Shown piece after piece: positions 10,195-18,733 of a stretch of 64,000 bases of DNA. Origin of the DNA: Chloroflexota bacterium. Lineage in GTDB: Bacteria > Chloroflexota > Limnocylindria > P2-11E. The stretch covers positions 41,453 to 105,452 of the forward strand of contig VBDU01000080.1 in the NCBI GenBank assembly GCA_005883625.1, written 5' to 3'. Each line of letters opens with the position of its first letter. The stretch's first letter is position 1. Below the pieces are notes generated by a model. That model was not told the DNA's origin and made no database searches. It saw nothing but the letters and a program-made list of their open reading frames with translations. Made by a program: the position numbers and the translations under genes.

Positions 10195-12058
10195 TCAGGA
10201 CTTGCCCGGCGTGACCGTGGCGCTTGCCGAGGCAGGACCCGAGGCGAGGGTGCCGTCGCTGGCGATCACGCTGACCGTGATGACATCCTCGTTGCTCCCG
10301 TTCCCCTTCACCGACAGGTCGTAGCTGTCGGTCGTCGCCGAGGTGGTCGTCGTGCGCCTCACGACACCGTTCAGCCGCCAGGTGTACGTGAAAGTGAGCG
10401 GATCACGGTCGAGGTCCTGGCCGGCGGCCGTGGCGACGAGCACCGTGCGCGTCGTCGGCTTCGTCGTGTTGAGCGAGACGCCCACGGTCGGGGCCGAGTT
10501 CACGATCGTCGCGCTCGCCGAGGCCGCCCCGCTCACCAGCGTCCCGTCCGACGCGGTGACCTCCACGACCAGGGTGTCGCCGTGATCGCCGTTCCCGGCG
10601 ACACCGAGGTCGAAGCTGTCCGACGTATTTGGTCCCGACGCCGTCTTGCGGACGAGGCCGTTGATCTTCCAAGTGAACGAGTACGTGAGGACATCGCCGT
10701 CCGCGTCCGCGCCGACCGCGGTCGCGGTCACGACCAGGTTCGTGGCGGGTGCGTTCATCTCCAGGGTCACGCTCACCGTCGGCGCGCTGTCCGCAACGAC
10801 GACAGAGGCACTCGCGGTCGAGCTCAGCTGTCCATCGCTCGCGGTGACGGTCACGCTGATCGTGTCGCCGCGGTCGCCGTTACCGGCGACCGATAGATCG
10901 AGCGAGGAGGTCGGGGTCGTACGCGGCCACGATCGCCTGGACGATGTCATTCGTCCGCGGCGTCGACGGGCTGAAGGCGACGCTCGCGATTACCGGCGCG
11001 TGGTTCGCCAGATCGAGCGCCACCAGCGTGCTGTCGAACGTCGCCAGCGTGTTGTAGTTGCCCATATACAGCCGGCCGTCGGCATGGAACAAGGGCGGGC
11101 CCGGCTCGAAGTTCAGTCCCCCGATCGTCTCGGCGACGTCGAACGTCGTGTCGTCGAGCGCGTAGACGCGCCACCCGGATCCGTCCGTGACGTAGATGCG
11201 ATGCCTCGCCGGCGCCAGCGCGAGCCCCATGGGGAAGCCCGGCACCGACGTGGCGTGCAGCGTGGCGAACGTGTCGGGATCGAGGACGTAGAAGGCGGAT
11301 CCCGGGAAAGGCGGACCTTTCGGGTCCGATCCGGCGATGTAGATGCGCTGATCCGTCGGATCGACCGCCAGAGCGAAGCGGAGTGCGGTCGCGAAAGGCA
11401 CCTCCGCGAGCGTCGACAGGTCACGGTCGTCGGCAACGACCAGCACCGGTCGGGTTTCGTCCGCCGTCGTCAGATAGAGATGGTGCCGTCCGGGATCCAC
11501 GGCGACATCGAACCAGGCCCCGTTGAGGGGGCCGGGCTTCGTCGCGACGACCGTGAGCGTGCTCGTGTCGACGACCGCGAGCGACCGCCCTCCGACGTAG
11601 AGGCGGCCGGCGGCGGAGTCAAGCGCGAGACCGATCCCTCCCACAGCGAGGCTCGCGAGCATCGCGCCCGTATCCAGATCGAAGACGTCAAGCGAGACCT
11701 TGTCACCGCTATGGGTCGAGTTCGACGTATACAGTCGCCGCGTGCTCTGATCAGCGAGCACGAAGTTGGCGCTGAGGGTTGTCGTGATGCTCGCAACCAG
11801 GCCGGTCGCCGGATCCACGACCGAAACACGTCCCGTGCCGTCCGGCGCGACGGTCTCGCTGTTCGACACGTAGACCTTCCCGGTCGCGGGATCCGTAGCC
11901 AGGCCGAGGGGCGCCCGCAGCACAGGCCACTTCGCCCTGATCGTCGCGGCGCGCGCGGGCCCGGGTATCGCGACGGCGAGCGCGAGCACGAGGGTGATAC
12001 AGACGGGGACCGTGAGGCGGCGCATGTCTGCGGAACGCTGCCCGAGCGCGTGCGACAA
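10195..12058 (-). CDS. Secreted YVTN/NHL-type beta-propeller protein with three or four tandem Ig-like repeats of about 80 aa; frame switch between about 10880 and 10950
   Basis: Signal peptide MRRLTVPVCITLVLALAVA, YVTN repeats, then repeats SAPTV..V.ATA.G.D.D.D.LT...TW..NG continuing in another frame (ORFs 10880..12058 and 10195..10950). Confidence 0.6.
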
Positions 12059-12631
12059 CGCGAGTGGGAAGGAAGTCCCAATCGATGACCCTCATGGCCA
12101 CGGTGCGCCTGTTCGGCTGTCGCCGTCGGCCGCGTACTATCCCGGCCATGCGAACGCTGTACGGACGAAGGCTCGTCGAGGTGGCACCGACCCGAACACG
12201 CTCGCCATCGCGCTCGACGCGAGCACCGACAGGCTCATCGATGGTGCACGCCTGGCCCGGCGACACGGCGTGCCGAACGTCCTCTTCGTGGTCTCCTCCG
12301 TCGAGCGGCTCCCGGAACTGCTCGGCGGGATCGCCGATGAGGCGACGATCCACTTCCCCTGGGGGTCGCTGCTGCGGGGTGTGACCTGCGGCGACGAGGC
12401 GGTGCTCGCACCGCTGGCGCACCTGCTGCGCACCGGCGGCCGGCTCGAGCTCGTCCTGCAGGCGAGCGACGTCGCCGTGGACGCGTTCGAGCGGCACTGC
12501 CTCGTGCTCTGCGAACGACGCCCGGCGACGGCCGCGGAGGTCACGAGGACGAGATCGAGCTGGGCGAAACGGCTCGGGATCGGCCCGCAGCGTCCCGCGT
12601 TCGTGTTCCGCTTCGAGCGGATCCGCGAGCG

Positions 12632-12880
12632 TTAGTCCATGACCCGCTGCAGCCACCAGGCGCCGGTCCGCCGATCGCCGTACACGTCGCACACGAGGCC
12701 GTCGGCCGTGCGGAGCGTGAGGTAGTCGCGCGCGACGCCGTCCTTCCACCAGTCGGCCTCGACGCGCCAGCGCCGCATCGTCTCCACGACCGTGTGCCGC
12801 TGGCCGGCGACGAGCAGCCCCACGAGATCGCCCTCGTCCCACACCAGACGCGCCGGAAGGGGTTCCGCGAAGAGCCTCAT
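12632..12880 (-). CDS. Small Trp-rich hypothetical protein (82 aa) translationally coupled to imuB (ATGA overlap)
   Basis: MRLFAEPLPARLVWDEGDLVGLLVAGQRHTVVETMRRWRVEADWWKDG... has diverse composition, unlike the artefact frames. Its start overlaps the imuB stop. Confidence 0.5.
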   Translation of the reverse strand: MRLFAEPLPARLVWDEGDLVGLLVAGQRHTVVETMRRWRVEADWWKDGVARDYLTLRTADGLVCDVYGDRRTGAWWLQRVMD

Positions 12881-13875
12881 CTCGTCACCTCCACCCATTC
12901 GGTCGCGCGTTCGGGGAGCCTCGCCTCGGCGTCGACGACCCGCGGTCTGAGCACCACACCCTCCCCGAGCTTCGCGCGCAGGTAGCGCGCGGTCGCGATC
13001 GCCTCCTCCCAGCGAGCGCCGTCGGGGGCGAAGAGCCCGATCTGCCGGCCGCGCGCGGGCTCCGCTTCGACGACGCCGAGCGCGCAGCCCGTCACGTGGC
13101 CGAGGTCGTCGCGCTCCTCGAGCGCCCAGCGCAGCGAGCGGAGGAGCGCCGCGCTCTCCCGCGCCGGCGGAAGGATCGTGCGGTCGATGCGCAGGGGCGC
13201 CGCGCCCTCGCGTACGAGACGGAGGTCGAGCCGCAGCGCGGCGAGGCCGTCGGTCGCGAGCCGCGCCTCGACCTCGTCGACGGCGCCGCGGAGCGCGAAG
13301 ACGAGCTGCTCGCGCGAGACGATGGCGTCGTCCCACACGCGACGGACGAGGATGCGCCGCGGCGGCGCATCGGCCCGGACGAGGTCGCCGTACTCGCCGC
13401 GCGCGAGGGCGTGCGCCCGCGCGACCGCGCTGCCGAACCGGTCGAACACCGCGGCGCGCGGCAGGGCCGCGAAATCGCCGATCGTGCGCAGGCCGAGGAG
13501 CGCGAGCTCGTCCCGGACCTTCTCCTCGAGCGGCACGATGTCGAGCGAGAGCGGCGCGAGATAGCTCTGGCCGTCGCTCACCGCGCGGAGCTCGCCCGGC
13601 GGGGTCCGCTCCGCGAGGACGCGCGCGACGAACGGCGCTGGCGCGATCCCGATCGAGACGAACGCATCCGCGCGTTCGCACCGCGCGAGGATCCGCCGCG
13701 CGACCACCGGCGGTGCGCCGAGGAGTCGATCCGTCCCCGCGAGGTCGCAGGCGAACGCGCCGGGCGCGAGCACTCCGACCCGCGGCAATGCGCCGCGCAA
13801 CGTGGCGAGGAGCCGTTCGTGGAGCGACGCGCTCGCGTCGCGCGCGACGACGGCGAGCGTGACCGGACCCGTCAC
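12877..13875 (-). CDS. imuB: ImuB-like Y-family polymerase homologue (compact form)
   Basis: IGIAPAPFVARV and HhH LALLGLRTIGDFAALP. Located directly downstream of imuA. Confidence 0.7.
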   Translation of the reverse strand: MTGPVTLAVVARDASASLHERLLATLRGALPRVGVLAPGAFACDLAGTDRLLGAPPVVARRILARCERADAFVSIGIAPAPFVARVLAERTPPGELRAVSDGQSYLAPLSLDIVPLEEKVRDELALLGLRTIGDFAALPRAAVFDRFGSAVARAHALARGEYGDLVRADAPPRRILVRRVWDDAIVSREQLVFALRGAVDEVEARLATDGLAALRLDLRLVREGAAPLRIDRTILPPARESAALLRSLRWALEERDDLGHVTGCALGVVEAEPARGRQIGLFAPDGARWEEAIATARYLRAKLGEGVVLRPRVVDAEARLPERATEWVEVTR

Positions 13876-14651
13876 GAGGCAGCCGCTTCGGCGAGCCCGG
13901 CGCGCCTGCCGAGGTCGGTGGCCGCGGCACCCAGCGCTGGCACCGCGAAGAGCGCACGCTTGTCGAGGGGGCTGTGCCCCCTCGGACCCCCCACTTCGAA
14001 CGTCCAGCCCACGGTCCGCTCGAACCGTCGCTCCCAGGACACACGCTCGAACGTGCAGGTCGGTATGGCCACGCGACGCCCGCGGTCCTCGCTCACCACG
14101 AGGAGCGCCGCAGGCGAGCCGCGAACGCTCGGAAGGACCGGCGCGAGCTCGTCGCTGCCGATCCCGGCGAACGCAGGGCCGGTGTCGACGACGACGAGGC
14201 GAAAGCCTTCGCTGCGCAGGCTCGCCGACGCGGCAAGCGCCGCGGCGCCGGCGGATCGCGCGCGGACGACGACGAGCCGCTCGAGATCGACGCCGGAGCG
14301 AACGGCGGCGAGCGGGTCGAGCGAGGCAGAAGGGTCGATCCAGGCGACCATGCCGCCCGTGCGTTGCGCGGTGGCGACGACCCGGAACGCGAGCGAGAGC
14401 TTTCCCACGCTCGTCGGACCGACGAACGCCAGCGGCTCACCCGCGGCAAGGCCGCCGCCGGTCACGAGATCGAGCGAAGTCCCGGTCGGAAGCGCAAGCT
14501 CGTCGCGGTGACGCTCGCTGGCGCCGCCGCGGGCGAGTGCATGCGTGCCGTACCGCCCTTCGATGCGCGCGATGGCCCTGGCCAGCCCGGTCGATCCCAC
14601 GGCGCTCCCCTGTGCTTCGCTCCGTTCTGTGGCCTGGGCGGCTGGCCCCAT
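13872..14651 (-). CDS. imuA: ImuA (RecA/SulA-like SOS cell-division-inhibitor family); likely start at the internal Met (ORF extends to 14705)
   Basis: GEPLAFVGPTSVGKLSLAF...GMVAWIDPSASLDP...LVVVD, a RecA-fold remnant typical of ImuA. The LexA box sits just upstream of the Met. Confidence 0.7.
   Translation of the reverse strand: MGPAAQATERSEAQGSAVGSTGLARAIARIEGRYGTHALARGGASERHRDELALPTGTSLDLVTGGGLAAGEPLAFVGPTSVGKLSLAFRVVATAQRTGGMVAWIDPSASLDPLAAVRSGVDLERLVVVRARSAGAAALAASASLRSEGFRLVVVDTGPAFAGIGSDELAPVLPSVRGSPAALLVVSEDRGRRVAIPTCTFERVSWERRFERTVGWTFEVGGPRGHSPLDKRALFAVPALGAAATDLGRRAGLAEAAAS
13965..13992. repeat. G/C hairpin repeat (GAGGGGGC-TGT-GCCCCCTC, then GGACCCCCC), inside the imuA 3' end
   Basis: 8-bp stem, 3-nt loop. 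Same architecture as 63344-63369. Confidence 0.6.
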
Positions 14652-14660
14652 CCAGACTGT

Positions 14661-14676
14661 TAGAACGGATGTTCTA
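14661..14676. promoter_or_regulatory. Candidate LexA (SOS) operator TAGAACGGATGTTCTA in the imuA promoter region
   Basis: Same TAGAAC-N4-GTTCTA palindrome as at 10151. Lies between divergent imuA and the small Zn-ribbon ORF. Confidence 0.6.
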
Positions 14677-14766
14677 CAATATGGAGGCACGACAGGGACT
14701 GTCAAGTCGTCGTGGGCAGGGAGGCGTTACAAAGCGTGGCCGCATTCATGCAGCCCTCCCGTCCAA

Positions 14767-14988
14767 ATGGGCGGAACGGCTCCCGGTCGCTGTAGCGATT
14801 GCGGGAACGATGCGTACATCCAGCTGGCGGGTGAGGCAGAGATGCTCTGCGCCCACTGCTACGGCAAGCGCATGGGCATCGCTCCGTCGCCCGGGCGCAA
14901 GGGCGGCGAGGCTGCCCCCAAGCCGACCACCGCGAGGGAAGCGGCTTCGCCGGCGCTGCGACGCCTCAGCCGGAGGTCTTCGCTCTAG
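14767..14988 (+). CDS. Small zinc-ribbon protein (CxxC...CxxC), divergent from imuA and sharing its LexA-box region
   Basis: MGGTAPGRCSDCGNDAYIQLAGEAEMLCAHCYGKRMG...; 73 aa. No strong ribosome-binding site. Confidence 0.4.
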   Translation: MGGTAPGRCSDCGNDAYIQLAGEAEMLCAHCYGKRMGIAPSPGRKGGEAAPKPTTAREAASPALRRLSRRSSL

Positions 14989-16328
14989 GAGCTCGCCCCG
15001 CGCGCGACCGCGTGCGGGCGCGTCGCGGCCATGGCCTCCCTGAGCGCGGTTACGCGAAGCGCGGCGTACCCGGCGAGCAGCGTCACGAGGACACCGCCCG
15101 CGAGGAATGCGTTGTTGATGCCGGCGAACGTCCCCACCGATCCGAGCAGCATCTGGCCGAGCGGCATGAAGCCCATGAAGACCATCGTGTTCACGCTCAT
15201 GACCCGCCCGCGGATCGCGTCGGGCGTCCGGGTCTGCATAAGGGTGTTCGCCATCCCGAGGTAGACCATCACCGCGAGGCTCGTGAGTCCCACGAAGACC
15301 ATCGCGCCGACGACCGAATGCTGGGCGCCGAAGAACATAAGAAGTACCCCGTGCGCGAGGGCGGCGCCCACGAGGAGCGCCCCGCGACGCCGCCAGGCGC
15401 CGAGCGACGCGGTGATGAGGGCACCGACGAGCGCCCCGCCCCCCGAGGCCGCGAGCAGCAATGAGAGCTCGAGCGCGCCGACGCCGAGGAACTGCGCCTC
15501 CGCGGGCAGGAGCTGGATGTAGGGCCGAGTGAAGAGCGCGGTCGCGACGCTGAGCACGACGACCCAGCGGAGGACCGGATCGCCGCGGATGAACGAGAGG
15601 CCCTCGCGGATCGATTCGAGCAGCGGACGGCGAACGCTTGCGTCGACGGGCTGCGGCCGCATCAGGAAGAGGGCGACCACGATCGCGAGATACGAGACGG
15701 CGTTGAGGAGCATGAGCCCGCCGACACCGAACGGGATGATGAGGACGCCGCCGAGCAGCGGGCCGACGAGCGTGGCGCCGTTGAACGCGGCCGAGTTGAG
15801 GCCGATGGCGCTCATGAGCTCGCGGTCGGAGACGAGGCGCGGGACCATCGCCTGACGGCTCGGCGCGTCGAACGAGAAGATGATCGAGTTCATCGCGCTC
15901 AACAGGACGATCTCCACGATGTTGATGTGCTCGGAGATCGTGAGCGCGGCGAGGATCGCGGCGACGATCGCGGCACTCGTCTGCGTCACGAGGAGCAGCC
16001 GCCGCCGGTCCGCGCGGTCGGCCACGGCGCCGCCGAAGAGCCCGAACGCGAGCCCTGGAACCGCCCGCGAAAGGCCGACGAGTCCGAGATAGAAAGGAGC
16101 CAGGTGCGGGACGCCATCCTTGATCGCGAGCTGCACGACGAGCCAGCCGAGACCGAACTGCTGCATCCACGTCCCGATGTTCGAGACGACGAGCCCGATC
16201 CAGAAGAGACGGAAGTCGCGGTATTCGAGCGCCGCGAGCGCCGAGGTGCGTCCTGGTTCGGCTGCGGCGGCCTCATCGAGGCCTTCCGTCTCGAGGGCCG
16301 GAGCGAGGCGCTCCTTCTGTGTCGCCAT
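14985..16328 (-). CDS. MFS transporter (EntS/DHA3-like exporter)
   Basis: 12-TM pattern, N-terminal FRLFWIGLVVSNIGTWMQ motif. Confidence 0.85.
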   Translation of the reverse strand: MATQKERLAPALETEGLDEAAAAEPGRTSALAALEYRDFRLFWIGLVVSNIGTWMQQFGLGWLVVQLAIKDGVPHLAPFYLGLVGLSRAVPGLAFGLFGGAVADRADRRRLLLVTQTSAAIVAAILAALTISEHINIVEIVLLSAMNSIIFSFDAPSRQAMVPRLVSDRELMSAIGLNSAAFNGATLVGPLLGGVLIIPFGVGGLMLLNAVSYLAIVVALFLMRPQPVDASVRRPLLESIREGLSFIRGDPVLRWVVVLSVATALFTRPYIQLLPAEAQFLGVGALELSLLLAASGGGALVGALITASLGAWRRRGALLVGAALAHGVLLMFFGAQHSVVGAMVFVGLTSLAVMVYLGMANTLMQTRTPDAIRGRVMSVNTMVFMGFMPLGQMLLGSVGTFAGINNAFLAGGVLVTLLAGYAALRVTALREAMAATRPHAVARGASS

Positions 16329-16393
16329 GCGGTGGAATCAGTGTGCGGGGTCGCGCGATGAGGCGCGTTGCAGCCGGGTCACTCCTCGTTCTG

Positions 16394-16486
16394 CGAGAGT
16401 GCATGGGAGTCGAACCCACCACGGAACGCAAGCGCCCCGTCAACGGTTTTGAAGACCGAGGAGCTCACCGGAGCCCCCGCACTCTC
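16394..16486 (-). tRNA. selC: tRNA-Sec (selC), anticodon UCA
   Basis: 8-bp acceptor GAGAGTGC/GCACTCTC, anticodon loop CUUCAAA, long variable arm, T-arm GGGTTCGACTCCC, discriminator G. Strong similarity to E. coli selC in the D/anticodon and T arms. Confidence 0.7.
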
Positions 16487-16537
16487 GGAAAGGATCCTGG
16501 ATGGGCAGTCTACGGGCGGGTCTAGTCTGTTCGGCGC

Positions 16538-17733
16538 ATGGCTCCCCCGGTCCTCTACGCGAAGAGCGGCGATGTCCACGTCGCGTACACGGTCCGCGGC
16601 AGCGGGCCGGATCTGGTCTGGTGCCCCGGCAGCCTCTCGCACCAGGAGCTCTGGCCGCAGATACCGGAATTCGCCAGGCTCGTCGACGGGCCCGCGCAAT
16701 TCGCGCGGGTGCTCTTCTTCGACAAGCGCGGCACCGGCATGTCAGACCGGCCGGCGGGCATCCCGACCCTCGAGGAGCGCATCGACGACATCCGCGCGGT
16801 CATGGATGCCGCACAGAGCGGGCGCGCCCACATCTTCGGCGTCTCGGAGGGCGGCTCCATGGCGTGCCTCTTCGCGGCGACGTATCCAGAGCGAACGCGC
16901 TCGCTGATCCTCTACGGCACGCGCCCGCGCTGGACCCGCGCGCCCGACTATCCGTGGGGGCCCACCGCCGAGGAGGCCGAGGCGAGCCTCCAGGGGACGA
17001 TCGCGGACGGCTTCAAGACGGACTACACCAGCGACTTCATGCGGAAGTGGCTCGGGCCGGGGCTGCGCGACGATGCGGAATTCATCGAGCACTTCGAGCG
17101 CCTGCGGCGGATGTCGAAGATCTCGCGTCGCGCATACCCGACGCCCGGGTCGTCGAGGTCCCGGGGGAGGGTCACCTCGTGGGCGAGAGCGGTCCCGAGA
17201 TCATGAGGATCCTGAGGGAATGGGTGACCGAGGTCACCGAGACGATCCCGAGCAAGCGTTTCCTCGCGACCATCCTGTTCGTCGATCTGGTGCGCTCGAC
17301 TGAGCGCGTGGCCCAGCTGGGCGACGGCGCCTGGCGAGACCTCCTCGCGCGCTACTACGCCGAGGCGCGCCGCGAGCTGGCGATCTACGGCGGGGTGGAG
17401 GTCGACACGGCCGGCGACGGGCTGCTCGCGCACTTCGACGGACCGGGACGCGCAGTCAAGTGCGCGGGCGCGATCGAGCGGGCCGTCCGCGGGCTCGGTC
17501 TCGAGGCGCGCGCGGGCGTGCACACGGGCGAAGTGGAGCGGGACCAGGGCGCGCTGCGCGGCATCGCGGTGCACACCGCGGCGCGCATCGCCGCCCAGGC
17601 GGGCGCGAACGAGATCCTGGTCTCGAGCACGGTACGCGACCTCGTCGCCGGATCCGGCCTCGTGTTCCTCGATCGCGGCGCCCACGAGCTGAAGGGGATC
17701 GAAGGCCCCAGGCAGCTGCTCGCGGTCGGTTAG
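16538..17733 (+). CDS. Alpha/beta hydrolase fused to a class III adenylate/guanylate cyclase domain; frameshift near 17105-17115
   Basis: GVSEGGS nucleophile elbow in ORF 16538..17206. The hydrolase catalytic-His region (VPGEGHLV) and the cyclase domain are in ORF 16501..17733, the +1 frame. Confidence 0.7.
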
Positions 17734-17760
17734 CCACCGAGCGCGAGGGCGGCCCGCGCC

Positions 17761-18708
17761 TCAGGGAAGCAGCGTCGGCAGCACCCGCGCGAAGCCATCC
17801 GCGAGCGGACGCGCGCGCCAGCCCAGCTCCCGCTCCGCCTTCGCGCTCGAGGCGAGGTAGGTCACGCCGGCGAGGACGCGCAGGCTCTCCGCGTCTTGAC
17901 CGAGCACCGCCGTCATGCTGGCGGCGAGGCGCAGCAGCGGCGGCGGCACCGCCAGGCGCGGCGCGGGGATGCCGCAGACCCGCTCGGCGATCCGTAGCGC
18001 CTCAACGAGCGTGTGCGGCGGACCGGCGATGACGTAGCTCTCGCCGGCGCGACCGCGCTCCATCGCGCGGACGTGGCCGTCGACCGTGTCGTCGACATAA
18101 CCCCAGCAGTACGCGCTCCCGCCCGGGACCGCGGGCAAGCGGCGACGCACGTAGGCGTCGAGGACGGGACGCATCGGGCTGTGGTCGCCCTCGCCGTAGA
18201 TGACGCCGGGCTGGACGATCACGAGCGGCAGGCCGCTCCGCATGAGCGGCTCCGCGACCTCGTAGTGCGCGACGTGCTTCGTCCGGTCGTACTCGCTCGC
18301 GAACGGGCCGCTCGCGCGAGAGGTCTCGTCGACGAGGCGGCCGCGCGTGTCGCCGAAGACCGCGACCGTGCTCGTGTACACGCCCTTCGCGACGCCGAGC
18401 TCGCGCATGGCCTCGAGGACGTTCCGCGTGCCCTCAACGTTGATGCGGTAGGCCTGATCGCGGCCGCGCGCGCCGATCCGGTACCACGCGGCGCAGTGGA
18501 AGAGGCGCTCGGCGCCGGCCATCGCGCGGCGGACGCTCTCGCGGTCCGTGACGTCGCCCAGCTCGCAGCGCACGCCGAGCACGCGCAGCTCGGTGGCGCC
18601 GTCGGGGTCGCGCACGAGCGCGACGACCGTATCGCCGGCGTCGCGGAGACGGCGAACGAGCCGTCCGCCAAGGAATCCGGTCGCGCCCGTGACGAAGTAT
18701 CGCGTCGT
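17761..18708 (-). CDS. NAD-dependent epimerase/dehydratase (SDR); no canonical start codon upstream of the Rossmann motif
   Basis: The frame reads NRTTTRYFVTGATGFLGGRLVRRL after an in-frame TAG at 18718-18720. Only ACC/ACG/CGA codons precede the motif. Confidence 0.7.
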   Translation of the reverse strand, partial: TTRYFVTGATGFLGGRLVRRLRDAGDTVVALVRDPDGATELRVLGVRCELGDVTDRESVRRAMAGAERLFHCAAWYRIGARGRDQAYRINVEGTRNVLEAMRELGVAKGVYTSTVAVFGDTRGRLVDETSRASGPFASEYDRTKHVAHYEVAEPLMRSGLPLVIVQPGVIYGEGDHSPMRPVLDAYVRRRLPAVPGGSAYCWGYVDDTVDGHVRAMERGRAGESYVIAGPPHTLVEALRIAERVCGIPAPRLAVPPPLLRLAASMTAVLGQDAESLRVLAGVTYLASSAKAERELGWRARPLADGFARVLPTLLP

Positions 18709-18733
18709 GGTTCGGTTCTACCATCCCGCCGCT

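Noticed and set aside
12632-14044. The 470-aa ORF spanning imuB and imuA on the minus strand.
   Set aside because: Only its last 82 codons (12632..12880) look genuine. The rest is an alternative frame of imuB and imuA.
16368-16907. The 179-aa ORF beginning MQPGHSSFCESAWESNPP.
   Set aside because: Its N-terminus is the translation of the tRNA-Sec gene (T-arm GGTTCGA gives SNP). The rest overlaps the hydrolase gene in another frame.
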